Shown: in pieces, positions 38,333 through 50,091 of the stretch
Numbering within the stretch: position 1 is the first letter of the stretch
Layout: every line of letters starts with the position of its first letter
NCBI GenBank assembly: GCA_030324005.1
Contig: JARDVH010000163.1
Coordinates: 84,016,467 to 84,080,466, forward strand
Length of the DNA stretch: 64,000 nt
Direction: 5' to 3'
DNA from: Negaprion brevirostris
Taxonomy: Eukaryota
Made by a program: the position numbers and the translations under genes
Notes under the pieces: generated by a model
What the model was told of the DNA's origin: nothing
Database searches by the model: none
What the model saw: only the letters and a program-made list of their open reading frames with translations

Positions 38333-39268
38333 ATGTGGGGGCATTGAAGTCTAAGGCCCACTAAAACTGCTTCCAAGCAATTTAGGATTGAACAATAAAT
38401 GCTGCCTTCACATCATTACTGTCATTCCAAAAGCAAGGTTCAGAACTGAGTGAATGGCAACAAATCTTTTAACAGGACTGTAAAGAATTTACACAAAAAA
38501 AAATTTACAAACCCCAAAGCACCTNNNNNNNNNNNNNNNNNNNNNNNNNNNNNNNNNNNNNNNNNNNNNNNNNNNNNNNNNNNNNNNNNNNNNNNNNNNN
38601 NNNNNNNNNNNNNNNNNNNNNNNNNNNNNNNNNNNNNNNNNNNNNNNNNNNNNNNNNNNNNNNNNNNNNNNNNNNNNNNNNNNNNNNNNNNNNNNNNNNN
38701 NNNNNNNNNNNNNNNNNNNNNNNNNNNNNNNNNNNNNNNNNNNNNNNNNNNNNNNNNNNNNNNNNNNNNNNNNNNNNNNNNNNNNNNNNNNNNNNNNNNN
38801 NNNNNNNNNNNNNNNNNNNNNNNNNNNNNNNNNNNNNNNNNNNNNNNNNNNNNNNNNNNNNNNNNNNNNNNNNNNNNNNNNNNNNNNNNNNNNNNNNNNN
38901 NNNNNNNNNNNNNNNNNNNNNNNNNNNNNNNNNNNNNNNNNNNNNNNNNNNNNNNNNNNNNNNNNNNNNNNNNNNNNNNNNNNNNNNNNNNNNNNNNNNN
39001 NNNNNNNNNNNNNNNNNNNNNNNNNNNNNNNNNNNNNNNNNNNNNNNNNNNNNNNNNNNNNNNNNNNNNNNNNNNNNNNNNNNNNNNNNNNNNNNNNNNN
39101 NNNNNNNNNNNNNNNNNNNNNNNNNNNNNNNNNNNNNNNNNNNNNNNNNNNNNNNNNNNNNNNNNNNNNNNNNNNNNNNNNNNNNNNNNNNNNNNNNNTT
39201 AATATCAACAGGTTTAGATCTGAACAATGTTGCACACTCACAGTTGTGCACTGGTGTGTCGGCCTAGA

Positions 39269-39578
39269 TCATAGAATCCGTGAATCACAGAATCCCTATA
39301 GTGCAGAAGGAGGCCATTCGGTCCATTGAGTCTGCACCAACCACAATCCCACCCAGGCCCTATTCCCGTAACCACTCATATTTATCATGCTAATCCCCTG
39401 ACATTAGAGGCCATTTGGCATGGTCAATCCATGTAACCCGCACATCTTTGGACTGTGGGAGAAAAACGGAGCATCCGGAGAACACTTACAGACACAAGGA
39501 GAAGATGCAAACTCCACACAGACAATGACCCAGAAATGAACCCAGTTAGCTGTGAGGTACCAGTGCTAACCGTGCCAT
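39269..39578 (-). mobile_element. HE1/V-SINE, full length
   Basis: Tail, V-domain and head on the minus strand. Confidence 0.9.
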
Positions 39579-40074
39579 ATCTTCTCAAATCCCAGAATGA
39601 AAATTGAATGCAAGTTACACATCCTAGATTGGAAATATGAGGTACATCTGTCCAAACAGTGAATGTTTATTAAACCGAAGCTCAGCAGTGGGTGTGAAGT
39701 GAGNNNNNNNNNNNNNNNNNNNNNNNNNNNNNNNNNNNNNNNNNNNNNNNNNNNNNNNNNNNNNNNNNNNNNNNNNNNNNNNNTTAAAGTGCTTGATACA
39801 GAACTAGTTATATATCTAGCCAGAGACAGTTAAGAACAAAATACAGTACAGCACAGGAACAGGCCCTTAGACCACCAAGCCTACACTGACACATGAACCT
39901 TTCTAAACTAAAGACCTTTTGCCTTTACTCCCTCTATATCCTGCCTATTCACATATCTGTCAAGATGCCATTTAAATATTGCTATGGTATCTATTCTACC
40001 ACCTCCTCTTACAGCACATTCCAGGCACTCACCATCCCACCACCCTCTATGTAAAATGATGACTGTGGGTTTTA

Positions 40075-40113
40075 GTGTGTGTGTATATATATACACATAA
40101 TACACACACACAC
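40075..40113. repeat. (TG)n-(TA)n-(CA)n compound microsatellite
   Basis: gtgtgtgtgtatatatatacacataatacacacacacac. Confidence 0.85.
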
Positions 40114-40657
40114 ATTACAAGCTTTCTTATGATTAAACGTGAGCTGGAAAGCCTTGTGTTTATGCCTAACATAATCTCAATGTGTCCAACTTAAAATACT
40201 GTCTGCAGAAAGTAGACAAAAAGGCTCCAAAAGCTTCATGCCTGAAAGTAATACTTGTTATTTTTCACCATGCTAAAGCTTTTGAGACAGGAATAGTTAT
40301 ATATTCAACCAGAGACATTTAGAATTAGAATTGCAGGAACTGTCACGTGCAGATCATTCATTATCTCAACCTAACAGGCTCCAGAAAGTCTTGTGGCACA
40401 GTAGTAGTTTCCCTGCCTCAGAGCCAACAGTTCCAGCCTCAAGTCCCACTCCAGAACTTGATGGCTGAGGAATGTGCATTCATAATGTGGCCAAAAAGTT
40501 ATTAAATGGTAAACTATGCCAACAGTAGGACAGATTCCCAATCAGCTGTAAGATGGAGAAAGTGCGCACTGTGATGGGGTCGACTTGGACTTAGTTCCCA
40601 TTCAACTGTGTTAGTTTGTTTCTGGGTACCACTGATCTACAAAATGCATTGCAGCAG

Positions 40658-40860
40658 TTAGAATCATAGAATCCCCACAGTGCAGGAGGCCATTCAGCCC
40701 ATTGAACCTGCACCATCAACACTCCCATCCAAACCCCACATATTTACCGTGCTAAATCCCCTGACACTAAGGGTTAATAAAGCATGGCCAATCAACCCAA
40801 CCTGCACAAGTTGGAACTGTGGGAGGAAACCAGAGCACCCAGAAGAAACTCCACACAGAT
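40658..40860 (-). mobile_element. HE1/V-SINE, 5' truncated; abuts a LINE 3' fragment (40860-41065, +)
   Basis: agaatcatagaatccccacagtgcaggaggccattc...gggaggaaaccagagcaccc. Confidence 0.85.
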
Positions 40861-42049
40861 AATGCATGGGAACACCCCCAAAATCACAAACCATCCCTGG
40901 CTTGGAACTATATTGTTGTTCCTTCACTGTCGCTGAGTCAAAATCCTGGAACTCCCTCCCCAACAGCACATAGATTGCAGCAGTTCAAAACAATCACCTT
41001 CTCAAGTGGTAGTTAGGAATGGGCAACAAACACTGAATTTGCCAGTGATGTCCATATCCCTTGAACCAGAAAATCTTAACAATGGAGAAAACTGACAAGA
41101 AAAACGAGAAGACATTTTCCTATTCCATTTTAAGATTTACAATTCAATAAAGGACAAATACCTAAGTAGAAGCACATTCTGCTGCAGACTGTAAAAGATC
41201 TTAATGAATTTGGTATTTGCTGCATTACCACTTGTTTTTGTTATTGTTATGTATTTCAGGTCAGATTTTCACAGTGATTTGACACCCAACTTGCAAAATA
41301 TAGTTAGACGTAAAATAAATTGGTATTTACAGGAAGCCCTTCAATCATTGAACACTCCCAATTAGCGTTTCCTATCGTTCACATTCTCATCCACCTGGTT
41401 CAAACTAGGCTGTCTGCTTCCCTTGGTGTATAGGGACTAAGTGAGAACAATTCTGGCCTGTAGATGTGAAAGCCAATTGTGCCGTCAATTGGTGATGGAG
41501 GTAACAACTACCTCAGTGGGACAAACAAATCATTTCACACAACTGTGAAGGAAAACTGTAATAATTCCTCTTCACCAATTAGGTAATTAAGACTGCAATG
41601 TTTATTTACATATAACTATAATGCAGAGGCTTGCAGCCTCAGGGCTGCCAGTCAGCTTCGGAGAAATATATGGAACAGAAACCGAAACTCACCAGGGTGA
41701 TCCCCAATCCCGATCCCCTGCCCTGCTCCCTAACTGGGTCATGTCACCTTGTCCTGCTGATGTATCCTCAAAGNNNNNNNNNNNNNNNNNNNNNNNNNNN
41801 NNNNNNNNNNNNNNNNNNNNNNNNNNNNNNNNNNNNNNNNNNNNNNNNNNNNNNNNNNNNNNNNNNNNNNNNNTGATGTATCCTCAAAGGGACAATCACC
41901 GCAAAAACCAAGATCAGAGTTTGCTGAAAATAGTTTGACTTAATACAGTTTAGAACAGGGTTTGCAGCTGCAGGCACATCTCCCCACAGAACAATCTTCT
42001 GATTCTTTCCATGAATGTTTTTTAAAAGGCATGAAGCCCGCAAATATTG

Positions 42050-42745
42050 ATATTCAGAGGGACCTGGGCACACTTGCGCAAGGAGCACTGAAAATTAGTA
42101 TGGAGGCGCAACAAGTAATCAGAAAGGCAAATGGCATGTTGGCCTTTGTGGCAAGGGGAGCTGAGGGAAAGAATAATGAAGCCTTGCTACAGTTATATAG
42201 GGCTTTCACGAGGTCACACCCGGAGTACTGTGTCCTGGTTTGGTCTCCATATCTAAGGAAGAGTGTATCTACCTTCAAAATGGTGCAGCCAAGGTCTACC
42301 AGATTGATCCCTGAAATGAGAGGGTTGGCCTACCATGGCAGGCTGAATAAATTGAGCCAATGTTCTCTGGAGTTTAAGGAGAATGAATGGTGATCTCATT
42401 GAATCATAGAAGATTCTGAAGTGACTTGACAGAGTAGATATTTGGGAATCTCATGGGGACACAGCTTCGGAATAAGAGGGTGATTATTTAGGACTGAGGT
42501 GAGGAGAAATTTCTTTATTCGGGGATTGTGAATTTTTTGAATTCTCAACCCAGAGAGTTGTGGATGTGCCAACTTTGAATATATTTAAGACTGAACTCAG
42601 TAAATCTTTCGTGTCTCAGGCCCTAAAGGGTTATGGGAAGCAGAAAGAAGTTGGAATTGAGGTATATCAGCCATGTTTGTGCTGAATCTCAGAGAGGGCT
42701 CGAGGAGCTGAATGGTTGATTCTTACTCCTATTACTTATTTTATG
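42050..42745 (+). mobile_element. CR1 3' fragment
   Basis: IRKANGMLAF...LYRAFTRSHPEYCVLVWSPYLRK plus 3' tail. Confidence 0.9.
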
Positions 42746-43056
42746 TGATGGAAGAGGTTTAAAATATTGATTTCAAGCATCTGGTCAAACAAATTAACAC
42801 AAAGTGCGTTGTCAACTGTTTAGCAGTTGTAGTCGGATGAAACAGTCGAACATTCTTATTGGAAATACAAGTAGGCAGCTTAAAGTGACGCTGAAGCGCA
42901 CCCATGGCATCGTAGTATATCAAGGAGCAGGTTCAAAATAATGAGAAGTTTTCTGGAAAAAACAATATTAAAGTTTGCTAACTTCAAATTAAAAATGCAC
43001 AAATGCGACTTCTTGTGCTTTCAAAATACACCGTTGCAGTTATTCAACAGTCACAT

Positions 43057-43075
43057 GATGCCACCTGGTGGCATC
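43057..43075. promoter_or_regulatory. Palindromic candidate CTCF site
   Basis: GATGCCACCTGGTGGCATC. The minus strand reads CCACCAGGTGGCA, matching the CTCF core CCASYAGRKGGCR. Confidence 0.4.
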
Positions 43076-43464
43076 TTTGAAAGCCAAGCTTCTCAAAAGA
43101 GCATTCTGAATAGAACTGTACACAGCAATATGCCAGCCAGCCCAGAGGGTGCCATGCTCCACATTGTGCATTCAGCCTGCCCAGGTTGACAACATTTTAT
43201 AGAGGTGTGGAGAGATATTTGTCCCAGAAATTTTAGATCAACGAACTGAAAACAACACCCAAATGTGGCAGGCTATTCAATGCAGCAATCCAGCACAGTT
43301 TTGCAAGGTCATGTTTGTCCAGTAGAGTCATAGTTGCTATTGATAGCTCTTGGGGAACAGTGAGCATTGTCTTTAAGAATGAGAAAGAAAAGCTTGCATT
43401 TATATAGTGCCTCTCACAACCTCAGGATGACTACCCTTCCAACCCCTCAACTATCTCCCTTTTT

Positions 43465-43830
43465 TATAATTTCATGGAGTATGGACGTCATTGGTGAGGT
43501 CGCCCATCGCTAATTGCCCTTAAACCAAATGATTTGCTCATCCATTTCAGAGACAGTTAAGAATCAACTACGCTGTTGTGGGTCTGGAGTCACGTGGGTC
43601 AGACCAGGTAAGGATGGCAGATTTCCTTCTGTAAAGGACATTAGTGAACTAATGGCCTTTGCAATCATTGATGATAGTTTCATGGCCACTATTACTGAGA
43701 CTAGTTTTATTTTGCAGATCAATTGATTGAAATTAAATCTCATCATCTTCTAGGGCTGGATTTGAACCTGTGTCTCTAGAGTATTAGGGTGGGCCTCTGG
43801 ATTATTGGTTCATTAACATTACACTGCACC
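43465..43830 (-). mobile_element. Same tRNA-headed SINE family
   Basis: Reverse complement of the 44821-45202 family (gtctggagtcacgtgggtcagaccaggtaaggatggcagatttccttc). Confidence 0.75.
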
Positions 43831-44399
43831 ATAATTTTTCTCTGATCCCAACATGCCTCAAATCCTGACCCTCAAACGTGACCCTACGAGCACCCAGCCT
43901 AACAAGTCCCCCCGATTTAACTTCCCTAAATCCACCTAACTTCTTGTCACCCAACCCACCTGCCATCCTACCACACAACCCACCTGTCAACCTGCCATTT
44001 TACTCATCTACCACCCTAATCAGTTGCCACCCTGCCCACTTGCCACACTACTCACCTATTACCCTACTCACCTAACCATTTACCTCACCCACCCTACCCA
44101 CTTACACATGCATTCACTCCTACATCAACATGCAGAAGAGCTGTTTAAATGTCCCGAAGCTTTTCGGTGTTAACGAGCACTTACAGAATACAACAGCTAG
44201 TGCCATTAAAAAGGAGGCATAGATTCCCCCCCACCCGATGATCCAACGCTACAAGACAGCAGTTCACTGGAACACCACTCCACGGTTCTGAAGAAACCAG
44301 AATTGGAAGACCTGGCCAGAAATGTGGAACTGCGTTGCGACAAAGAAAAATAGGAGGAGCAGCAATTGGAAGCTGATTCCCACTCCTCGGAAGATTCAG

Positions 44400-44815
44400 C
44401 CCAACGACTTCAGACTTCCAAATAGTTAATAGGGGAAAATTTCTGCTCGTCAGGTAAACAGTCTGATAATTCAGCAGCAGTTTAGGGGTTGAGAGAGGTT
44501 GTGCTGAGGTATAACTCGGTGCCGTCAGTGAAGATGTCTCCAAGGGGCAGCGTACGGACAAGAAATAGGAAGATGCCAAGTATAGATCCTGAGGGACACC
44601 AGAGGTAATGGTGTGAGAACAGGAAGGAGAGCCATTGCAAATTGTTTCCTGACTATGATTAGATAGATAAGAATGGAACCAGCTTGAAGAGTGGAGAGCA
44701 GTCCCACCCAGCTGCCTACAGTGGAAAGGCATTGGAGGATGGTTTGATCGATAATATTGAAGGCCATGGAGAGGTCAAGAAGGATGAGGAACAAAAGTGT
44801 ACATTCACTGCAGTC
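44400..44815 (-). mobile_element. L2-type LINE RT fragment
   Basis: LILLDLSMAFNIIDQTIL...WFHSYLSNHSQ...TSGVPQ. Confidence 0.8.
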
Positions 44816-44820
44816 ATGTA

Positions 44821-45202
44821 GGCAATGGCCTAGTGGTACAATCACTAGACTACTAACCTAGAAACTCAGCTAATGTTCTAGTGGATCTGGGTTCAAATCT
44901 CACCACAGTGATTGATGGAATTTGAATTCAATAAAAAATACTTGGAATTAAGAATCTACTGATGACCATAAAATCACTGTTGGTTATTGGAAAAACCCAT
45001 TTGGTTCACAAAGTATTTTTAAGAGAAGGAAATCTGCTGTCCTTACCTGCTCAGGCCGACATGTGATTCCAGAGCCACAGCAAAGTTGTTGACTCTCAAC
45101 TGCCCTCTGAGATGGACGTGCAACCCACTCAGTTCAAGGGCAATTAGGGATGGGTGATAAATGCCGGTCAATCAGTGACGTCCACATCCCATGAATGAAT
45201 TT
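44821..45202 (+). mobile_element. tRNA-headed SINE, full length
   Basis: A-box TGGCCTAGTGG (~44826) and B-box GGTTCAAATC (~44891); body gaaggaaatctgctgtccttacctg; tail caagggcaattagggatggg...cacatcccatgaatgaat. Confidence 0.8.
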
Positions 45203-45219
45203 TAAAAATTGTAAGCGCA

Positions 45220-46496
45220 AGGACATAGGGGCAGCAATAGGCCTTTTGGCCCTTCTATCATTCAGCTAGATCATGGCTTATTGTCCACCTCAATGCCACT
45301 TTCCTTCACTATCCCCATATCCCCCAATGTCATTAGTATTCAGAAATCTCAGTCTTGAACATGCTCAACGATTTAGCATCTACAGCCCTCTAGGATACAG
45401 AAGTCCAAAGAATCGCTACCTTTTCAGTGTAGAAATTCCTCCTCATCTCTGTCCGAAATAGTCTGCCCCTTACTCTGAGATTGTGTCTTCTGATCTTGAA
45501 CCCCCCCCCCCACTTTCCCCCAACCTCCCTTTGCCTTTCTGCATCTATCCTAACAAGCCCTGCAAGAGTTTTGCAAGTTTCAAAGGGATCACCTCAAATT
45601 TTTCTCAGAAATTCTGGAGAATGCTGCTCTAGTCTGCTTAATCTCTCCTCAAAGGACAGTCCCACCATGCCGGGGATTAATCTGGTGAAACTTCACTACA
45701 CTCCCTCAATGGCATGTATATCCTTCCTTCGGTAAGGGGCCAAAACCGTACACAATACTCCAGGTCAGTTCTAATCATAGTTCTATTCAATGGAAACAAG
45801 ATGTCTTTACTCCTACGTGATGCTAATGGGATCCTTGCTTTTCTTGATTATACATTAATGGTATAGATCTAAGTGTACAGGGGACAACTTCAATGTTTAT
45901 GGATGATATGAAACTTGGAAGTATTGTAAACTATAAGGACAGTGTAGAACTTCAAAAAGACAAGTTGGTAGAGTTGGCAGGTAAGTGGCAGATGAAGTTC
46001 AATGCGGAAAATTTTGAGGTTATGCATTTTGTAGGAAGAATGTGGAGCTAAAATGTAAAATAAGGAGTTTAAAGGGTGCCAGAGAACAAGAACTCGGGTG
46101 TATATGTGCATTGATCAATGAAAGTAGCAGGACAGGTAGAGAGAGCAGTTAGAAAGCATGTAGGCTTTATTAATGTAGGCATAGAGTACAAGAGCAAGGA
46201 GGTCATGTTGAGTTTATATTAGACACTAGTTAGATTTCATCTGGAGTACTGTAAACACTTCTGGGTGCCAAACTACAGGAAGGAACCCACTGGAGAGAGC
46301 GCAGAAGAGGTTTACAAGGATCGTTCCAGGAATGAGAAGCTTCAGTTATGAGTATAGGCTGGAGAGGTTGAGACTGTTCTTCGTGGAGAGGAAAAGCCTA
46401 AGAGAGAGAGTAGACAGAATAGATAGGAAGAAACTGTTCCTTCTCATAAAAGGATAAGAACAAGAGGGCACGGATTTAAAGTGATTTGTAAAAGAA
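45220..46496. mobile_element. Adjacent CR1 fragments (45220-45820 minus; 45880-46496 plus)
   Basis: CR1 3' coding and tail motifs on opposite strands. Confidence 0.8.
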
Positions 46497-46618
46497 NNNN
46501 NNNNNNNNNNNNNNNNNNNNNNNNNNNNNNNNNNNNNNNNNNNNNNNNNNNNNNNNNNNNNNNNNNNNNNNNNNNNNNNNNNNNNNNNNNNNNNNNNNNN
46601 NNNNNNNNNNNNNNNNNN

Positions 46619-46910
46619 TGGGTTCATGTCACAGTGTGTAAACCCCATGACTTGGCTGAACTTGCAACATGTCACTTACTGTCCTGTCTGGAGACAATAC
46701 ACATCTCTTTATCCCATGCTTAGTGTTATCTCCACTCATTATCTGCATCTTTAAGACTTGATTAGTTGTAAAGGCTTACGATCTAATCAGTATTCTGTAA
46801 ACTGAGTGTGTCTTTATATGCTGTTTGTGATCAGAACTCCCCACTCACCTGACAAAGGGGCAGAGCCTCAACAGCTGGTGGTGTTTGCTATCAAATAAAC
46901 CTGTTGGACT
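46619..46910 (+). mobile_element. Penelope-like 3' end/pLTR
   Basis: Collinear with the reverse complement of 7160-7450 (tgggttcatgtcac...cactcacctgac...aaataaacctgttggact). Confidence 0.8.
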
Positions 46911-46914
46911 ATTA

Positions 46915-47435
46915 CTGTGTCACCCACAATGCCATTAGGGAGGGAATTCCAGGATTTTGAGCCAGTGACTGAAGCAACAGTGATACATTTCCAAATCAGG
47001 ACGATGAGTGGTTTGGAGGGGAACTTGCAGGTAGTAGTGTTCTCATATCAGCCACTTCCATCTAGAAGGACAAGGGCAATGGGCTTGGAAGGTGCTAAGG
47101 ATTTGGTGAATTGCTGCAGTACATCATGTAGATAGTACACGCTGCTGCTACTAAGCTTCAGTGGTGAAGAGATTGAATATATGTAGATGTGGTCCCAATC
47201 AAGGAGGCTGCTTTGTCCTGGATGGTGTCAAGGTTCAAGTGTTGTTGGAGCTGCACTCATCTAGAAAAGTGGGGAGTATTCCACCACACTCCTGACTTGT
47301 GCCTTGCAGATGGTGAATAGGCTCTGGGAAGTCAGGAGGTAATCACTCAACACAGCATTCCTAACCTCTGACCTGGTCTTGTAGTCAGCATTTGAGATAA
47401 AACCAATTCTGGTCAATGATAACCCCAAGGATGTT
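46915..47435 (-). mobile_element. CR1-group LINE 3' fragment
   Basis: Minus strand encodes SLFTICKAQVRSVVEYSPL. Reverse complement of 11150-11580-like sequence. Confidence 0.8.
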
Positions 47436-47672
47436 AACAGTTTGGATTCATAAGAACTAGGAGCAGGAGTAGGCCATCTAGCCTTTCGTGCTTGCCCCGC
47501 CATTCAATAAGATCATGGCTGATCTGAAGTGGATCAGTTCCACTTTCCCACTTTCTCCCCATAACCCTTNNNNNNNNNNNNNNNNNNNNNNNNNNNNNNN
47601 NNNNNNNNNNNNNNNNNNNNNNNNNNNNNNNNNNNNNNNNNNNNNNNNNNNNNNNNNNNNNNNNNNNNNNNN

Positions 47673-47745
47673 AAGCTTTCGAGGGGACTCCCTCTTCGTC
47701 AGGTGAATGGAGAGTTCTGGCCTCGGACAGAGCATATAAAGCACA
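47673..47745 (-). mobile_element. Penelope pLTR fragment containing a minimal hammerhead ribozyme core
   Basis: Minus strand CTGACGA-A-GAGGG-AGTC-CCCTC-GAAA-GCTT at 47673-47702. Same context as 7190-7260 and 46810-46880. Confidence 0.65.
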
Positions 47746-48079
47746 GACATCCGCATCATGACTTATTTTTATTACCATCTGTTTCTTTCCCTCATCATCC
47801 TGCTTAGGTTCCCATCCCCCTGCTATTCTAATTTAAACCCTCTCCCAAGAAATGAAGCTTAGCTTGCTAACAAAAGAAAACTAAGGGAATTGAACAGATT
47901 GCAGAAATAAGATTGAGGAACAAACAAGTAGCAGGAACAAAAATTTAAGTCCACATCAACAACTTGCAAATAGTTTGTAAAACCAACACTATGAAAAGCA
48001 AACAAGATTAGGTACAGTACAAATTCCCAAAGAAAAAAGTGACCTGAACAAGGACTGTATAGCAGAGCATTTAAAAAGC

Positions 48080-49490
48080 AGTGGCAGCAGAGTAAACATG
48101 GATTTATGAAGGGAAAATCATGCTTGACAAATCTGTTGAAATTCTTTGAAGATGTAAGCAGTAGAGTTGACAAGGAGAATTAAGTCCGTGTGATATATTT
48201 GGATTTTTAGAAGGCGTTTGACAAAGGTCCACATAATAAAGTGGGAGAGGGGAGTGTGCACCAGTTGCTGAAGATAAGCATGATTAAAGTGCGTGGGATT
48301 CAGGAAAATGCCTTGAGATGGATAGAGAACTGGCTGGCAGAGATGGAAAGAGTAGGAATGGAGTTATAGAGCTTATGAGGCAAGGCTGAGGGACTTGAGG
48401 TTATTTTCATTACAAAGGTTACGAGGTGACCTAATTGAGGCATACAAGATGATCAGAGGGTGAGATATGGTGGACAGTGAGAGCCTTTTTCCTTGGATGG
48501 TGATGGCTAACACAAGGGGACATAGCTTTAAAGTAAGGGGATAGTTAAGTTATAGGACGGATGTCAGAGATCGGTTCTTTACTCAGGGTAGTAAGGGTGT
48601 GGAATGCCCTGCCTGCAGCAGTTTGGACTCGCCAACTTTAAGGGCGTTCAAATGATCAGTGGATAGGCATTTGGATAACATTGGAATAGTTTAGGTTAGA
48701 GGGTCATTAGATTGGTTCCACTGGTCAGCTCAACATCAAGGGCCAAAGGGCCTGTACTGTGCTGTAATGTTCTATGGAGTGGGGTGCCACAGGGATTGGG
48801 GCTGGGACCCCAGCTATTCAGAATATATATTAGTGATTTGGATGAGAGAACAAAATTTAACATCTCAAAGTTTACAAATGATACCAANNNNNNNNNNNNN
48901 NNNNNNNNNNNNNNNNNNNNNNNNNNNNNNNNNNNNNNNNNNNNNNNNNNNNNNNNNNNNNNNNNNNNNNNNNNNNNNNNNNNNNNNACCAATATGGGTG
49001 GGAGGGTGAACTGTGACAAAGATGCAGAGATCCTTCAGCATAATCTGGACAAATGGGAGTGAGTGGGCAAATCAATGGCAGATGCAATATAATTTGGATA
49101 AATGTAAGGTTATTCACTTTATAAGCAAAAACAAGGCAGCAGATTACTACCTGAATGGCTGTAAATTTTGTGGGGGGGTGCAGTGGGACATCAGTGCCTT
49201 TGTGCACCAGTCGCTGAAGGGAAACATGCAGTAGGTGGTAAAGGCAGCAAATGATATGTTGGCTTTCAGTGAGAGAGATACCAAGGGTCACAGTCTGAGG
49301 ATTTAGGATGGAAATGAGGACATTTCTTCACCCAGAGTGGTGAGCTGCAGGTTTAGTTACCACAGGAAGTAGTTGATGCCAAAACATTAAATGTATTCAA
49401 GAGGTGACTAGATATAGGGATCATAATGAATGATGGAGCAGGCTGAAAGTACGAATGACCTCCTCCAGCTTCTATCTTCTACATTTTTAT
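48080..49490 (+). mobile_element. CR1 RT fragment with a nested CR1 3' piece (~48362-48775)
   Basis: HGFMKGKSCLTNLLKFFE...YLDF..AFDK before the nested piece, [14 protein letters not shown]...ISDLDE after it. Confidence 0.88.
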
Positions 49491-49965
49491 GTAAGACTGG
49501 TTTCCTCATTTGTAGCTACTACATATTAATGTGCCAAGAACTGTAAGAACAATTTGGCTTTGGAGGAGGCCAAAAAGAAAATTAATCAATTGGACCAAGC
49601 AACTAAAATGTTTACAAAGAGGTCACTTGTGAAAAACTCAACATTTTCATTGTGCCATTAAATAAATCACACATTGGAACTGGATGTTGATTAATACATC
49701 TCAATGGCAAGTTATGACTGCACTAACAGTTACCCACAATCACCAATATAAGTTAGCAATGTCACTGTAATGGAGAATTAAACAAATAGGGTGATTCTTG
49801 TATCAATACGCTTGTGACAAAGGATTCTTCAGCCCTTGACTTTACAGATCAAAGATATCCAACTTACCAGTTCTAAAAAAGTTACCTTTAAGTTGCACCA
49901 AGTTTTAGATGAGGAAAGCTTAGAAGCAGCAGAGGTGTGTGTTTTGCTCAGACGTTTGTTAAATA

Positions 49966-50003
49966 ATTAACAACAAAAAAATCAATGGCACCACATTTTT
50001 ATT
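49966..50003 (-). terminator. Distal polyadenylation signal of EDEM1
   Basis: Minus-strand AATAAA at 49998-50003, followed ~17 nt later by TTTTTTTGTTGTT (U/GU-rich downstream element). A second AATAAA lies at 50165-50170. Confidence 0.6.
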
Positions 50004-50091
50004 GACATTTGTTTGGTCCTCTGATAATTTCAATACCATTGCTTATTTATGGGAAAATAAAATTTATACATTTTTTTCTTTTATATAATTG

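Noticed and set aside
35091-39251. Long ORFs containing X runs (here and at other gaps)
   Set aside because: Open only because they read through N gaps.
44821-44905. tRNA gene
   Set aside because: The A and B boxes belong to a SINE head continuous with the SINE body. I could not establish a cloverleaf. The same applies to the HE1 heads.
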